This document shows, piece by piece, positions 25,843 through 39,177 of a DNA stretch of 64,000 nucleotides. The translations under genes were made by a program, and so were the position numbers. The stretch comes from Adineta vaga (Eukaryota > Animalia > Rotifera), in NCBI GenBank assembly GCA_021613535.1, contig CP075492.1, forward strand, positions 15,996,001-16,060,000. Direction: 5' to 3'. The notes beneath the pieces were generated by a model, which was not told the DNA's origin, did not search any database, and saw only the letters and a program-made list of their open reading frames with translations. Numbering within the stretch: position 1 is the stretch's first letter; the number at the start of each line of letters is the position of its first letter.

Positions 25843-27369
25843 ATTGAAATAATTGACACGATGAAATCTAAACATGAAAAGAAGAATTGTCATTTTTGAG
25901 AAAAAAAAGTAAAAACAATCATCGCTGATAGGAATAGAAATGCAGGCAATATATTCACATCTCACCCATACGAGCAGTTTCAAATAAATGTTAGTTTAGT
26001 TATAATAGATACGAGTTCATTCTTAGAATATGTGGCTCAGAGTTTTATTAAACATTTGATCGATTGAATAATTGATAAACAAATATTTTCCATGCCACTA
26101 GTAAAATTGATTATGGTATTTTTTCAATATTTATTCTAGAAACGCTACAAAATTCTTTAGCTTACACAACTTTGAGCAGCTTATTTATGCTTTTTGTATC
26201 ACTCGTTTACAAATTCAGTCATTATCGTCTAATCATTTCATCTAATTCAGTGATTTAATCTTCAACTGATTTTACTTTTAGTCGTACTTTTCTATTGATT
26301 TTCTTTTCGGAATCACAGAGAACTTAGAGTGTCGACTTTTGTAAATTAGTAAATAATTGCTGACGATAGTATCTTTATAAAGTGGTAGACTTTACTGATA
26401 AAATTGAGTTCTTTGTTGTGATGATGCAATCGAAGCATTTAATAAATGCATAAAAGCTCATTATCTGTTAGTATTTGATTACAAATTTCATAGAAAGCAT
26501 CGTCTTCATATTTGGAAAATAAGTTTAATTCAGTTAAGTAAATCTTGGCGTTGCGAGTGGTACGCATTAATAACGTTGGTCGATTCATCGCTCTTTTTTT
26601 TACTTCAAATGGCAAAGAGTAATGATAATGTTTTATATCAATTTCTATACATTCACGATAGAAGTTTCTCAAATTTGAGTATGCTAAACTAAACAATATA
26701 TATTTGTATCCTATCGAACAAACTGTTATGTTACCCATTTTAGCTTTTGAATATTTAACCACTTTATTGGTTTGCCAGGAAACTATAAGATTCATTAAAG
26801 AAAAAGGCGAGATTTTATGTTTAACAGAAAACTATTAAATAGCTAATTTTAATTTTCGTAAATTTATGTTCGAAAAAGAAATCCTATTCAAAATTTCGAT
26901 AATAAATAGAACATAAGGTTTAATTCTACACTATCAAGTGGATTTAATTAAATATAATCCAACGATATACTTACATGAATATCTTGAAGAATATAGGAAC
27001 AAATTCTGTCAACACTGAGATGTCAGTGAAATTTATGATAGATCATTTTCAAATAACTGACTTCTGTGATACAATGTTAGAGAATATCTTCGTGACTTTA
27101 TGAGTTTCATAACTTTTTAATAATAGACGATGATAGATGAAAATTTTCATGATATACAATATTAAATGAAGACAGAGATACTCAAATCAGGCAGTTTGGC
27201 AAGTCAAGTCAGTCTTAATCATAAATCAAAATAAATTATTTTTTCAATCATTATATTTCTGTTTATGAGTAAGGATAATAGTTCACAAACATCTCAAATG
27301 CAGTTCACAATAAACAAGAGATATATGTTGTTAATAAATAATCATATGAATATTCATATTCATTACTCA

Positions 27370-27935
27370 CTGCACCAGTATCATTTGTATCATTGTCATT
27401 TCTATCTTCTTCAATGAAGTAGTTCTCAAGACCGGGTATAATAATATTTTGAAAAGCATTAATGTTATTCGCTGCATTGTCCATAACTAAACGAACAACT
27501 CTGTTTACGATTCTAAATCTACTAACGATTTTGTCATATTATTCAAGTAGTAATGAACCAGACTGATTTCTCCATAACGGTACAAAGCATAATACACGAG
27601 TTTTGAAATTACCATCGATGATTGCATCAGCTATAAATCACAAATCTACATTTGAGACAAGTTTAAAAAAAAACGTACGTGTTATAGCAAAGAACGATCT
27701 CATTTTTCTATCGCGGTTCAAACATCTAACGTCAAATATAAGAAAGTAGCTGTTGAACAAAAAGCCATCAAATGGTCCTTCATTTTAGCATATAAATTAG
27801 GAATTATTTTGAGAGTTATAATTCGTCGACTTATTACAGTAAATGTTGGATCCTCTTTTCGCATAAAATCAATGAATTTCGGTCTTTCTACAATCGATAA
27901 TGTTAAACGCAAAGTGATGATTAAATCATTGACAA
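27370..27935 (-). mobile_element. Degraded hAT-superfamily transposase fragment
   Basis: LSIVERPKFIDFM..DP.F...SRR.IT...IP.LY, LTLDV* (D.W motif), RSFFAIT and RLVMDNAANN..AF, with stops. Confidence 0.75.
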
Positions 27936-29882
27936 TATAGCCATAGATAATTCGATTTGTCGAGAGTGACTTGGATCATATGATGCACGATCAAGCGAAC
28001 TAGGTTTTCTTGAAAAATGATTGGTGATTTTGTTATTTTGGAAGGTTGAATGAACCTTTTTGGACTGAAGTATCCATTCTTTATATTATTGTTGATGATA
28101 TTGTCGAACATGTCGAGTAAAATTCGAAGTAATCCTTATCTTGTCCATAACTCATTTAAATTTCTTGCATGATATGCATTTAGCAGACCATCTATCTTTA
28201 TCATTTACATGTTGAAGATCTTCGAAGAATTGATCATCAGCAGTTCTAAGCATTTTTGAATTTGACAATAAACTTTGAGAAAAAATTGTTGTTTTCTATG
28301 TTTGGTTCATGTTTTTCTAAAATATACTTTACTAACAACGTTCAAACCAATGAGAAAGTCATAAAGGACATCGAGTTGACTAATACAAAATGAAAAATTA
28401 ATTTTTTCAAATAGGAGTTTGATATTCAATTCTCCTAATATTTTCAGTATATTTTTCTTATGCATTTTGCAACAGGAACAGAGACGTATGAAATATTCAT
28501 TGAAACCTCCTCATATATGTTTTTGACTTGACTAGCCCATCTCTGCTTATAATTCATTGAATCGAATTAACCTGACGTGGTTTTTAAAATGTATCCACAC
28601 ATATAAATTGAAAGATAAATGAGTAGGTTTTACCACACTCTAGCCGCAAACTATCTTTTGACACATTCTTACCTTAAATACATGAATAGTGAAATAACGA
28701 AATTCATAAAGAAAAATGACTTTATCTGATAATTGATCTAAGTCACGTGAATAAAAAAACGGGACAGCCGTAAGTTTCTAAATAATCATTTGTACACTTA
28801 TCAGACTGGTTAAATATAGAGCAGTAGTGTTATTTGTGAAAGCGAAATTCAAATTTAACTGAACAATATCATGTTTTAAACATGTAATGATGCAGTTACA
28901 ATATATTATGGATATACATCAGGTCTTTCGAAATCGAAAATAATCAGAATTCTTGAATTTGTAATTGCTTCCAGTCTCATCCTGGGAAGATAAAATGTAT
29001 AGCTATATATACATATAGTTCCACAATTTCAAACACCGTTCACTGTGTGCACATATATGCTCATGGATCGCGGCTCTTCAAGGGACGCTGTTAGCGATTT
29101 CGAAACAACTCTGACACAAAGTTATGCGTGTTCCCTCTTTTTTTTAAAGATGACTTCAGAAATTTATACTACAAATAAAAACAATCGCGACATGTGGAAT
29201 ACCCTAAGAAGATATTTTCATACGCGAATCCTACTGAGCATTGTTCTGATTTTGTCCATTATGCCCGCAATACGTAGTAGAACTATTTGACCTGTTCTAA
29301 GTATAAATCCGATTTTCAGAAATTTACTTGATATTCCGATCATGCACAATTTCCTCGAAATCGCTATAACGCATCATATTCGTACTTTTTCAAATGTTTA
29401 ACGAAATTGCTTCAGAAAAATTAGATAAAGAATAAACAAAGCTGTTCGTCAATTAAATCATAAATAAAAAATAATCGCTACATTTGTATTAAATGAATAA
29501 GAGAGTTTTGTACAAAAGTATTTAATTACAAATCGGTTTACAAAAGGTAAAGAATATTGAGCAGATGTTGGTGAACGTATATAATACAATAACATTGGTC
29601 GTATCCAAAGAAATTTTTTGATTAATGATGTCATATATATTCATTTGATTGTTCTCGGTTTCGAAAGGTAAATGAATAGGGATATAATGAAGATGTTAAA
29701 TATCGTGATTTTCATTATCCGAATCAATATTAGTATTATTATATTTTATTTTAACATTCATGTTAAACAGCGCAGAAAACTAAAGATGAAATACAATGTT
29801 TTTTTATATAAAATTGTCAAGTTACATGTTATAGAAGTAATTGTATAAAGGCGTTGGCATGAAAATTTCCTTCATCATAGTA

Positions 29883-30060
29883 TGAAGCTAAGACAAAGAG
29901 GTCCTAGCACCACGAACTTGAATATGTTCCAGCTCCTGAACAATACATCGCTAGACGTCAGAGACTGCGTTATGGAGCTAACATAGCTATTCCCTACATT
30001 CACACTCAGTCTCCGACTTCCAACAATCCGTGGTGCTAGCTCCTCGTCGTGATAGCTTCA
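29883..30060. mobile_element. Foldback/MITE-like element with nested inverted repeats
   Basis: TGAAGCTA...GAGG..CTAGCACCACG pairs with CGTGGTGCTAG..CCTC...TAGCTTCA; inner GTCAGAGACTG pairs with CAGTCTCCGAC. Confidence 0.7.
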
Positions 30061-30659
30061 CATCGATCATCATTCACCATGTTACCCATGTTCAAACATC
30101 TGTATGCGTAATATTATTCATCAAGATTTTCTTTTGTAAAACAATATACAATATATATCAATAACTAGAATTATCATGAACACACTAAATGCTTAGCGAC
30201 ACCTTTTATCAAACGGAGTTTTTTTTCTATATTCAAAGAGAGTTAGGAAAATAAAAGCAAAAGAAAAAAAAATATTCTTATCATGTTACATGATAAAAAT
30301 GATTTAACTCAATTGTTTTAACAGAGACTTTGCATTTCCTACCAAAGTTTTGTTTATCAAATATGAATTTTTATATCAATAGAATCAGTTCACTTACCAG
30401 CTCTAAAATAACTGCTGTCGTTTTTAGTTTTCACAATGTTGCAATATTTATTATTATTTAACGAATCAACAATCAAATAAATACAGGAATATGACAAAAT
30501 TTTTTCTTGATAACAGATTTGAAACTACTCGTATGGGTGAGATGTGAATACATTGCCTGCATTTCTATTCCTATCAGCGATGATTCTTTTTACTTTTTTT
30601 TCTCAAAAATGACAATTCTTCTTTTCATTTTTAGACCTCATCGTGTCAATTATTTCAAT

Positions 30660-31865
30660 ATGAATGAAAATTCATCAACAAATACTGATAATTCAAATGT
30701 TAATAATGTAATGTTTTTAGAAACTAGAATGAAATAACTTTTCTTTTCTTTTGTTATCTTTTATTATTTTAAAGTTTCATACAAGCGACAATCATACAGT
30801 TGATCAAACACCAACATTGTATATTGCTTTTCGAAATTGGAGAAAATATCAGAAACAGATTTGTTTTTTATTTCAGAGTTGAAGTTAAGCGAAAACGAAC
30901 GTTGAAGGTTATATGTTTCATAGTGGCAATTCTTTTAATCATAGTGGTTATTGTTGTTTCGACAATACTTTTATTAGAAGAAAAGACAGATACAATGAAT
31001 AATTCAACAACACAAACATCAATCACATCGACTGCATCATCAATGACAGCGGAAACTCTCTCTCAAGCAACAACAACAAAAACTGTCTCTCAATCAATAA
31101 CAACGAAAACTGTCTCTCAAGCCACAACAACAAAAACTGCCTCTCAAGCATTAACAACGAAAATTGTGTCTCAAGCAATAACAACAGAAGTTACGACCAT
31201 ATTAAGTACAGTAGTAACAACCATATTCACAACAAATATATCAGGTATAGTTTTCTAGAAGGAGAAATAAAATACCAAAAAATCTCTTATGTATTATGGA
31301 ATTGTACGAAATGAATTACGCACACAGTTTGAATTAATTATTTCGGTCAAAGTAATAGCTATTGTAGAAATTAAGAGGAGATATTCTAGTGAATATTCTG
31401 TTTTTTTGTTAAATCAATACAAGTTGTTGAATGAAGTTTTATGTAAATAGTGATCTCATGATTCGCTCTTATTCTTTAATTTCAGATCCCATATCAACCG
31501 CTTGTACAAGTGATAGAGATAGAAGTTTATTTGAAAATGAGTTTCTCTATTCACCCACCTCACAAAGATACGCAGCTGGCTTATTAAATGGTCAATTTGG
31601 TGTCTATGAACCATATGGTTATGACAACGTAACTTCATATGTAATTTGGCTTGCAGATCAAAAATCTCAACCTGGAGTTGAGTTAAAACTACAAAGAGAC
31701 CGTAATCTGATAGTTTATGGAAATAGTGAAGCTTTGTGGGGAGCTGGTGGTTATAATGGAGGTGACGGGGGTCCATTCTGTCTCAAATTACTAGATTCAG
31801 GCAATTTAGTATGGATCAATAATGATGAAGAGATCATTTGGCAAACAGATATCACTGTTAAGTAG
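30660..31865 (+). CDS. Type II membrane protein: TM, Thr-rich stalk, bulb-type (GNA-like) mannose-binding lectin domain
   Basis: Exons 30660-30707, 30775-30818, 30877-31244, 31486-31865. KRKR then TM; 9-aa TTKTVSQA-type repeats; QRDRNLIVY resembles QxDxNxVxY; GNLV...IWQT. Confidence 0.85.
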
Positions 31866-33131
31866 ATTATTCAATATCCTGGAATTAATTAATCTAAACC
31901 TTTTGACTAGAAGATGAAAATTTGTTGTCTGGATATATAAAAGAAAAATAAAATAATCATTATTTATTGCTTGTTGATCATCTTTTTCCTTAAAATTTTG
32001 TGATACAATTTTTATCAAGTTTAATAGAGAGTGTGCATGTGAATACTGATTTGAGTATTTCATCAAAACAATTGTATGGTGAAAGAATAGAGTATGAAAT
32101 GGCAGTTTATGATATAGTAATGAAAATGTTGCGTACTTTTTTAGACAGAGTTGTTATTTTTCGAAGAAGATCGGTTGAATTTTGCTCCATATTATCATCT
32201 AAAGTTGGATAATTATTATAAAGGAGATTTCGTTTTGCTGCCTGATTTTTATTAACGGACGCCTTATAGACAAGCAGATATTGATTGTAATAGCAAATTA
32301 CTGACTTTTTCTTATTGGGTGAAATTGAAACAACTAACACAAACCGATGAAGAAGAACGAAATTCTGAATTCCATGTATCTAAGATTCATTTTTAAACCA
32401 AATCTGTTTTGATTGAAATATTTTTGCTTCATAAGAATCCCCCATGACGAATTCAAACTTTGATTTTTGTAGTCCGTTGTTCTGATTTTTAATCAACCAC
32501 CGTTTGTTATAATATTTTTCTTTCCAATTCTTTTTCACCTTTACTAATAATTTATCATAGATAACTTTACGAAGATCACGCTTTCGATCAAGTCTCTTTT
32601 TCCTTTGATATTTCATTGATGAGCATTTTTTTGACATTATTCCAGTGTCATCGTTGCATTGGGTGGTGTTCTGCTTGGAAAAAATCTTTCAGTTTCTGTC
32701 TCAATGAGTGCACGATCATTGACGAGTCCTTGTTGATTTTCTATGCTAATTGATATAGATTGATTCTTAATAGAAAGACATTTGTAAACAAAATGATAAC
32801 GAATGTTACAAAACATGATGCTTTATATATACTATGTTGTTATTATAATGAAATCATACTAACGATCAGTTGATAAATATTATCATCGTGCAAACGAGAT
32901 GACGCAATCCTGTGATTGTCAAGATAGATATGATGGTTGATCAATGATATGAAATCTTTGTGAAGTAATGACTCTTCTCTCTTACGAAATATGCAAATAT
33001 AAGTTCAATTTATTGAATAGATGATAAAGTTGAGAACATAAGCAATGCTGATTACAAAGGAAAAAGAAAGAGATATAATAAAAGTGTTTGAAAGCGATTG
33101 ATAAACATGTGTTGATGGTTGAATTTCATGA

Positions 33132-34776
33132 TTAATAGAGTTCAGCATTACATGGATAGTTGACATTTGGATCTTGACCAATAACTAACACTGTTCCATT
33201 CAATAATAACAGTGATTGATGTCCAAATCTTGAACAATGCATATCATCAATCACAGACCATGTTTTATTATATGGATCATATAATTCAACACTTTTCCAA
33301 CTGCTCGCGTCGTCTCTTCCACCACTAACTAAAACAGTTCCATTTGTTATTAATAATGCACTATGCATCGTCCTTTCAATATTTAAACTACTAGTCACTG
33401 TCCAATTTCCAGTCTTTGGATCATACAATTCTGCACTTCCCAGGAAAGGATCAGAAAGTCCACCAATAACTAATACTTGTTCATCTAATAATACTGTTGC
33501 TGTATGTAAAAGTCGTACATAATGCATACTACTAGCATTTGCCCATGTTTCTGATACTGGATCATATATTTCAGTGGTATTTGTTATTATTCCAGTACTA
33601 AATCCGCCGGTGATCAAGATGTTGCCATCTGCTAATAGAGAAGCTTGATGCAATGATCGCGATTGTTTCATACTCGTAGTTTTTCTCCATGTTCCATTAG
33701 ATGGATCATATAACTCCGCACTAAAATGAGAGTTTAGATACTAAAAAACTCACAGAATCGTTGTATAGTTTGAACAAAATTACCTCTCCGTGTCTCCACC
33801 GATAACTAACACACTGCCATTCAATAATACAGATGCTGTATGATAACATCTTGCATTATTCATATCATCTATCGTCGTCCACATTTGTGTTTCTGGATCA
33901 AACAATTCTGAACTAGAAAGACATACTTTATTATGTTGTCCACCAGTAACTAAAACTGTTCCATTGTTTAATACAGATGCTGTATGAGATTGTCGATAAG
34001 AATTCATAGGATTAGTAAGAGTCCATATTCCTGTTGCTGGATCATACAATTCAGCACTATTCAAAGTATCAGAGTTGTATTCACCACCAGTTACTAAAAC
34101 TTTCCCGTCGAGTAATAACGATGCTGTGTGAAATATTCGTGAATGGTTCATATTATTTAGACGCTTCCAGGCTATAATTTAGTTGAGAATAATATGTTCA
34201 GTATTCTTTATCAACACACTTACCTGTAATTGGTGCTTCAGTTGTGATTGGAGGAGTTTCTGTTGTTGCTTCCAACGTTGCAGTCGATGTACTCGCTGTT
34301 GTTTCCATTGTTGAAGTCGATGTACTCGCTGTTGTTTCCATTGTTGAAGTCGATGTACTCGCTGTTGTTTCCATTGTTGAAGTCGATGTACTCGCTGTTG
34401 TTTCCATTGTTGAAGTCGATGTACTCGCTGTTGTTTCCATTGTTGAAGTCGATGTACTCGCTGTTGTTACCAACGTAGTTTCTGTTGTTTCTAAAAGTGC
34501 CATTAACGTACTCTTTACTGCAGCTGTTGTTTCGCCAGTTGTCTGAACAATTGTTAATGTTGTAGTACTTTTCTTTTTCGTTAACACAATCGATGTTGGA
34601 ATAACAATAATTGCTACGATTACTATAACTACACCAATACTTATCCATATAATGCGTTTCTTTCCCAAGTTTTCTCTCCTAAAACAAATCTGAACTGGTT
34701 ACTTCTCGAGTATAATCGAAAAAACATACAGTGATAACAATGAGAAAGTAGTCGTTTGATTTGTATTCGTTGCCAT
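33132..34776 (-). CDS. Type II membrane protein: TM, Thr/Ser stalk, Kelch beta-propeller with bacterial-type repeats
   Basis: Exons 34776-34730, 34678-34224, 34171-33784, 33720-33132. Repeats M...R..HTA.LL.DG.VLV.GG....SAELYDP.TG.W. Confidence 0.88.
34283..34468. repeat. Perfect 33-bp coding minisatellite (~5.6 copies)
   Basis: Unit GTCGATGTACTCGCTGTTGTTTCCATTGTTGAA, encoding STMETTASTST on the minus strand. Confidence 0.95.
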
Positions 34777-36263
34777 AATAATCGATCGATCAATGATAGC
34801 TTTAGTTATAACTAAGGTCTCTCAAATAATAATCCTATATTTTGTGTCAATGAGAAAGAAATGAATCAAATAGAAATTTACTAACTCATAGAATAAAGTG
34901 AATATTTGATATACCGTCTTCCTACGGTTTTTTTCTGAGAGAGAGAAAAAAAACGAATGAATTTAGTAGTTGCATCGTTCAAAACGGAAGGCAAACATGA
35001 ATTGGATTCCGTTGAATAATAGTGTTAATCATGATTTGCTTTTGATAAAGATCATTATGCTATTGTGTTTCTTTCTTTGACGTCAAATAAATGATTAGTT
35101 AGTGATGATAATTTATTTCATGTTATATACGAATGAGCTGCTCTCTTTCATTGATACTTATATATTAGATTCTTCTAAAATATCGAACAGTTTCAATTTA
35201 TTTAAACTCAGCTGCGTCATAAGCATTCTAGTGATTTTAAAATCAGTTGACATAGCAATGCTGATACACAGATTCAAACATTGTAGAAATCGATAAACAT
35301 TTCTTTATCACTAAAGAGATAAAAAAAATAAGAATTTATGTTTTATTTTCATTCTCATCCTCTCGTATACAAATGAAATCATTACTAATAATTAAACTAT
35401 TTCAATTTCTTAGTCTTCTAACTCATCCTTACTCTTATACTAATTTCCTCTTGGGTTCATCATTTGCATTTGTTTCCGAGAAAATTCTTTTTATTTTTTG
35501 CAAATCGCTGACATAATTGGTACAAATGTAGTATCAATCGTATTGCACAAGCAGTCACGAAATCTATTGCTTGAAAAGTGCATCTTCAACGTTCGTACTT
35601 GTACAACTCATTTGCATAGAACTCTCATCGTCACTTTTCTTGACCATGAATTCAGCATAAAATTCAGTTTTATCAGGATTGCCTCAAGGAAAGTAAGTAT
35701 TTCGAGTAAACCTGATGTACAATACCATATCCCCAGTCCCTATCTCGTAGAATCTGCGTTGTAACTAAACAACCCCTTCCACATTTTATACATTTGTATT
35801 TCACAATATTGTTAGAGAATATAAAAGAAGAAGAAGAAGAAGAAGAAGAATGTGAGAGTTGCTGATAACTTCGACTGTGCATTGTGTCGTATTGAAAAAT
35901 TGTTAGATAAGAAGAAAAAAAAGATTAGAAATATTATGATACTAAACTGTGTCGCATTAGAACACATGTGATATAAATATATGATTGGACGAAGAATATC
36001 TATAATTTATAAACATAACAAACTACGTGTTTTTCTTCATTACACATACGAAAAAAAGAAATGTAAAAGCAATCATGCGATTCATATATTGGTTTTCAAC
36101 AAAATCATCCAAAGAGAAAAGAATCATTGATAGAAAAGGCGAAGTTTTGTTTACTGAGAGTAACGTCTCAGACATTCCATCATAACTCAGAAAGAAAACT
36201 ATAACTAAATAGTATATTTCTAGGAATAATTTTTGAATCTTTTTTAAAGATAAGATCTAATAT

Positions 36264-37094
36264 ATGGAATTTAAAAAAAATTATCTTATCTTTACTATTC
36301 CATTCATTGTTTTCATATTTACATTATCAATATGTTTAATAGCGATTCGATATGAATGGACAGGTCAATCAAAACAAACAACGACTGGTTATTGTGAAAA
36401 AGCTCAACAAGGATGGATCAAAGAACCTATAAATACATGGAGTTGTTTGGGTTTCATAGTTATCGGTTTAATTATTGCTAGTCAAATGCAATGGGGATCA
36501 TTGAAAAACAATGCAAACATTTTTACTCGAAGTGATTTCATGCCCATATTTTTTTCGTCATTAGTTATTTGTCTTGGTCCAGGTTCCATGGTCATGCATG
36601 CTACTTATACACAATTGGGTGGTCAATTAGATCATCTTTCAATGAGTTTCGTCGCTGCTTTTCTCGTTGCTTACAGTGGACAACGATTGTTTTGTACAAA
36701 TATAAAATATTTCGCAATTATTTTTATCTTCGTTCTTATCACATGTGAAATCTCAGTACAACTAACTATTAAAATTCCAATGCTTGGAGCAATTGATAAT
36801 TTAGTTTTTGCCATTTTTATCCTATTAACATTTATTATAGAAATATTAATTGTTTTCTATCAACATTCCAATATAAAGAAACGATGGGGTATCGCCTGTT
36901 TATGTACATTTTTAATCTCATTTTTTATTTGGAATCTATCAAAAAATTATGGTCTACTATGTGATCCCAATTCCTTATTTCAAGGCCATGCTACATGGCA
37001 TTTACTCGATGCTCTCGCTCTTTATTTTCTTTTTCTATATTATATTAGCGAAAATAATACTGATCAATACTATCTGTTAGAAGAAACGAAATAA
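36264..37094 (+). CDS. Alkaline ceramidase-like CREST-superfamily membrane hydrolase, intronless
   Basis: YCE...EP.NTWS, GS...HAT, LD..SM and GH..WH Zn-binding motifs; ~7 TM. Confidence 0.88.
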   Translation: MEFKKNYLIFTIPFIVFIFTLSICLIAIRYEWTGQSKQTTTGYCEKAQQGWIKEPINTWSCLGFIVIGLIIASQMQWGSLKNNANIFTRSDFMPIFFSSLVICLGPGSMVMHATYTQLGGQLDHLSMSFVAAFLVAYSGQRLFCTNIKYFAIIFIFVLITCEISVQLTIKIPMLGAIDNLVFAIFILLTFIIEILIVFYQHSNIKKRWGIACLCTFLISFFIWNLSKNYGLLCDPNSLFQGHATWHLLDALALYFLFLYYISENNTDQYYLLEETK

Positions 37095-37258
37095 AATCAA
37101 TTAAGATCATCGACACTTGTTATTTAATGAGATAATCAAATACGAAAGGGTGTGGGTCTGAAGTAAAAAGGAAAGACCTACATTCGCACTCTCACTCAAA
37201 ATACATTGAACATTTACTATCAATATAGTTTTGGTTTTGTTTTCTTGTTCACTTATAG

Positions 37259-37327
37259 TATTTATTGTCAATAAAGAACATATTTGTCTTATTTGTGCGT
37301 TTAACTCTAAACGGTTTTTGGTGAGCA
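37259..37327. repeat. 69-bp direct repeat, copy 1 (copy 2 at 39471-39539)
   Basis: TATTTATTGTCA..AAAGAAC.TATTTGT.TTATTT.TG...TTTAACT..AAACGGTTTTTGG.GAGCA at both sites, ungapped. Confidence 0.8.
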
Positions 37328-37521
37328 CCTATCCTAAACCGAACAATTAAAATTCCAATAACCTCTTAGCAAAAATATCTTTTGATTTCAACATGTAATT
37401 TTTCGAAAAGAGTCTTTATTTGTCAGAAAACCAAAACGATTTACAACCAAATTCTTAAGATATAACATGAACGAGTATGACGTGAGATGTTAACAGATTC
37501 TATGTAAGACAATAAATTATC

Positions 37522-39177
37522 CTATCGAATTCTTTGATCTAATCGTCTTTTAAAACTTTGAAATACTTTTTTACCTAAAAAGGTCATATCCAAGCTTAAA
37601 TGAGTCAATTTCGGACAATGTTGACGTATATCATTTAAATAGCAAGAATTCTTTCGTGAATATATTGCCAAAAATTGTTTGTCACAGATAAATGTCATTT
37701 GTTGTAAATCGGATAAGACTTGTGACAGTTGAAAGAAAAACGTCGAATGAAATATTGGTGGGTATGACCTAGGAGTAGCACTTTCATAGTCCGACGACGA
37801 CGATGATGATGATGATGATGAAACAATAGCATCGTTAATTGTATGCTCGCGGGTCGTTAAACATTTAATTTTGTTTGAATATTTTTTTTCGGGAAATAGA
37901 TTTTCTAAGTGAATAATCGTTGATTGTGTATCATTGCTTCGAATAAATATAGTATCTAGATGTGGTGATTGAGCTATAATTTTTGCTATTATAGAATATT
38001 GATGAGATTTTTCATAACCTTTTACCACACAATTAAGTTCTAATTGTTTTAAATTGTTAAATTTATCATCATCTTTAATCGAGTGAAATTCGGAAGGAAA
38101 ATGTTAAACAATTTTGTGGACAGTTATAGAAATTGAATGGCATTCGAAAAGTTCTTTTAAAGTTGAATATGTATTGACATCTAATGAGAAGCTATGTTGC
38201 TTCATCTCTATTAATAATGGTTTAGGTTTTGGAAGAGTAAAAAATGAATAATATTTCGAATTTGGTAATTGTATAATATTGGAAAATCGATGATCAGGTT
38301 GATGAATAGTGAGAATATTGTAATTACATATTTGAAGATGAGTAAAATTATTCATTAGCGATTGAAATTGTTCATAATTGGAGAATTCTTCTGGAGCTTT
38401 TCTTATAATTAATGTTAACTCATGGATTTGATTCTTAAAAAGATCGAATACATTATTTATTAGTTCAAAATTTGCTCGATAACATTTATCATAGTCAATT
38501 TCGATCTGTAACTTTTCAAATATAATGGGCAATCCTTCTAGATTTACATCTTCCGTATGATAATAATTTGAAATTAATAAATTTAATTGCACAACATTTG
38601 GCATTATCTTATATATGTCTAATAGTGTTTTAGGAGAATCTATCTTCATTGTAAGACATTTGATATGGGGCATTGGTTGAATATCATCAAGATAAGTGAA
38701 TGAAATATAAGACTTGTTCTGTACGATCAGTTTGGTTAACTCTCGTGATGCATTCGTAGCTATAAATTTAAGTGTGTGTTTGTCTTCTAATTCAAGTGAA
38801 AGTTCTGACAAGGTTGGTAAGGATAGAGCATCGACGAGAAATGTATTATTCTTATTATCTAGCAGATTGCCAATTATTGTCAATGATTGCAGGCCAGTTA
38901 GTTGATGAATATGAGGACATAGTGACGATAAATTATGTTTTACGGTGAGTTTGAGAGAGCGTACTATTGATCCTTGTATAGGTATAATCTTTTGTATGAA
39001 TAACAGAAATTGTTTATGAGATAGACTTGGTTGTGTCAGATCAATGTCGCATAAATAATATTCTATCATCTGTTGAAAACGTTGATTTAAATTGAAAAAA
39101 CTATGGAATATATCGAATTGATGTAAATAAAGAAAAATGAGCAAATGTAACTCGTTGGGTAGAGATTCCATATTCAT
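37522..39177 (-). pseudogene. F-box/LRR-like protein with an in-frame TAA at 38106-38104
   Basis: MESLPNEL.L.IF.YL...DI..SF.NLN.RF F-box; the two ORFs are in the same frame (HKIV*HFPSEF). Confidence 0.75.

Larger units (their letters stand above)
24407..32127. repeat. Inverted duplication (gene palindrome): arms ~24407-25985 and ~30517-32127, spacer ~4.5 kb
   Basis: The arms are reverse complements across exons, introns and 3' flank, with scattered substitutions and indels; mirrored ORFs appear in the ORF track. Confidence 0.95.

Noticed and set aside
26439-26795. 118-aa ORF in the palindrome spacer
   Set aside because: No family could be assigned; probably a degraded fragment.
32380-32637. 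Lys/Arg-rich ORF
   Set aside because: Low complexity, expected in A-rich DNA; no domain.
34238-34648. Alternative-frame repeat ORFs and a CRISPR-like look
   Set aside because: These are shadow frames of the 33-bp coding minisatellite; there are no unique spacers and no cas genes.
35400-35882. Small Cys-containing ORF with a (GAA)n microsatellite
   Set aside because: Downstream frames are full of stops and there is no supportable gene model.
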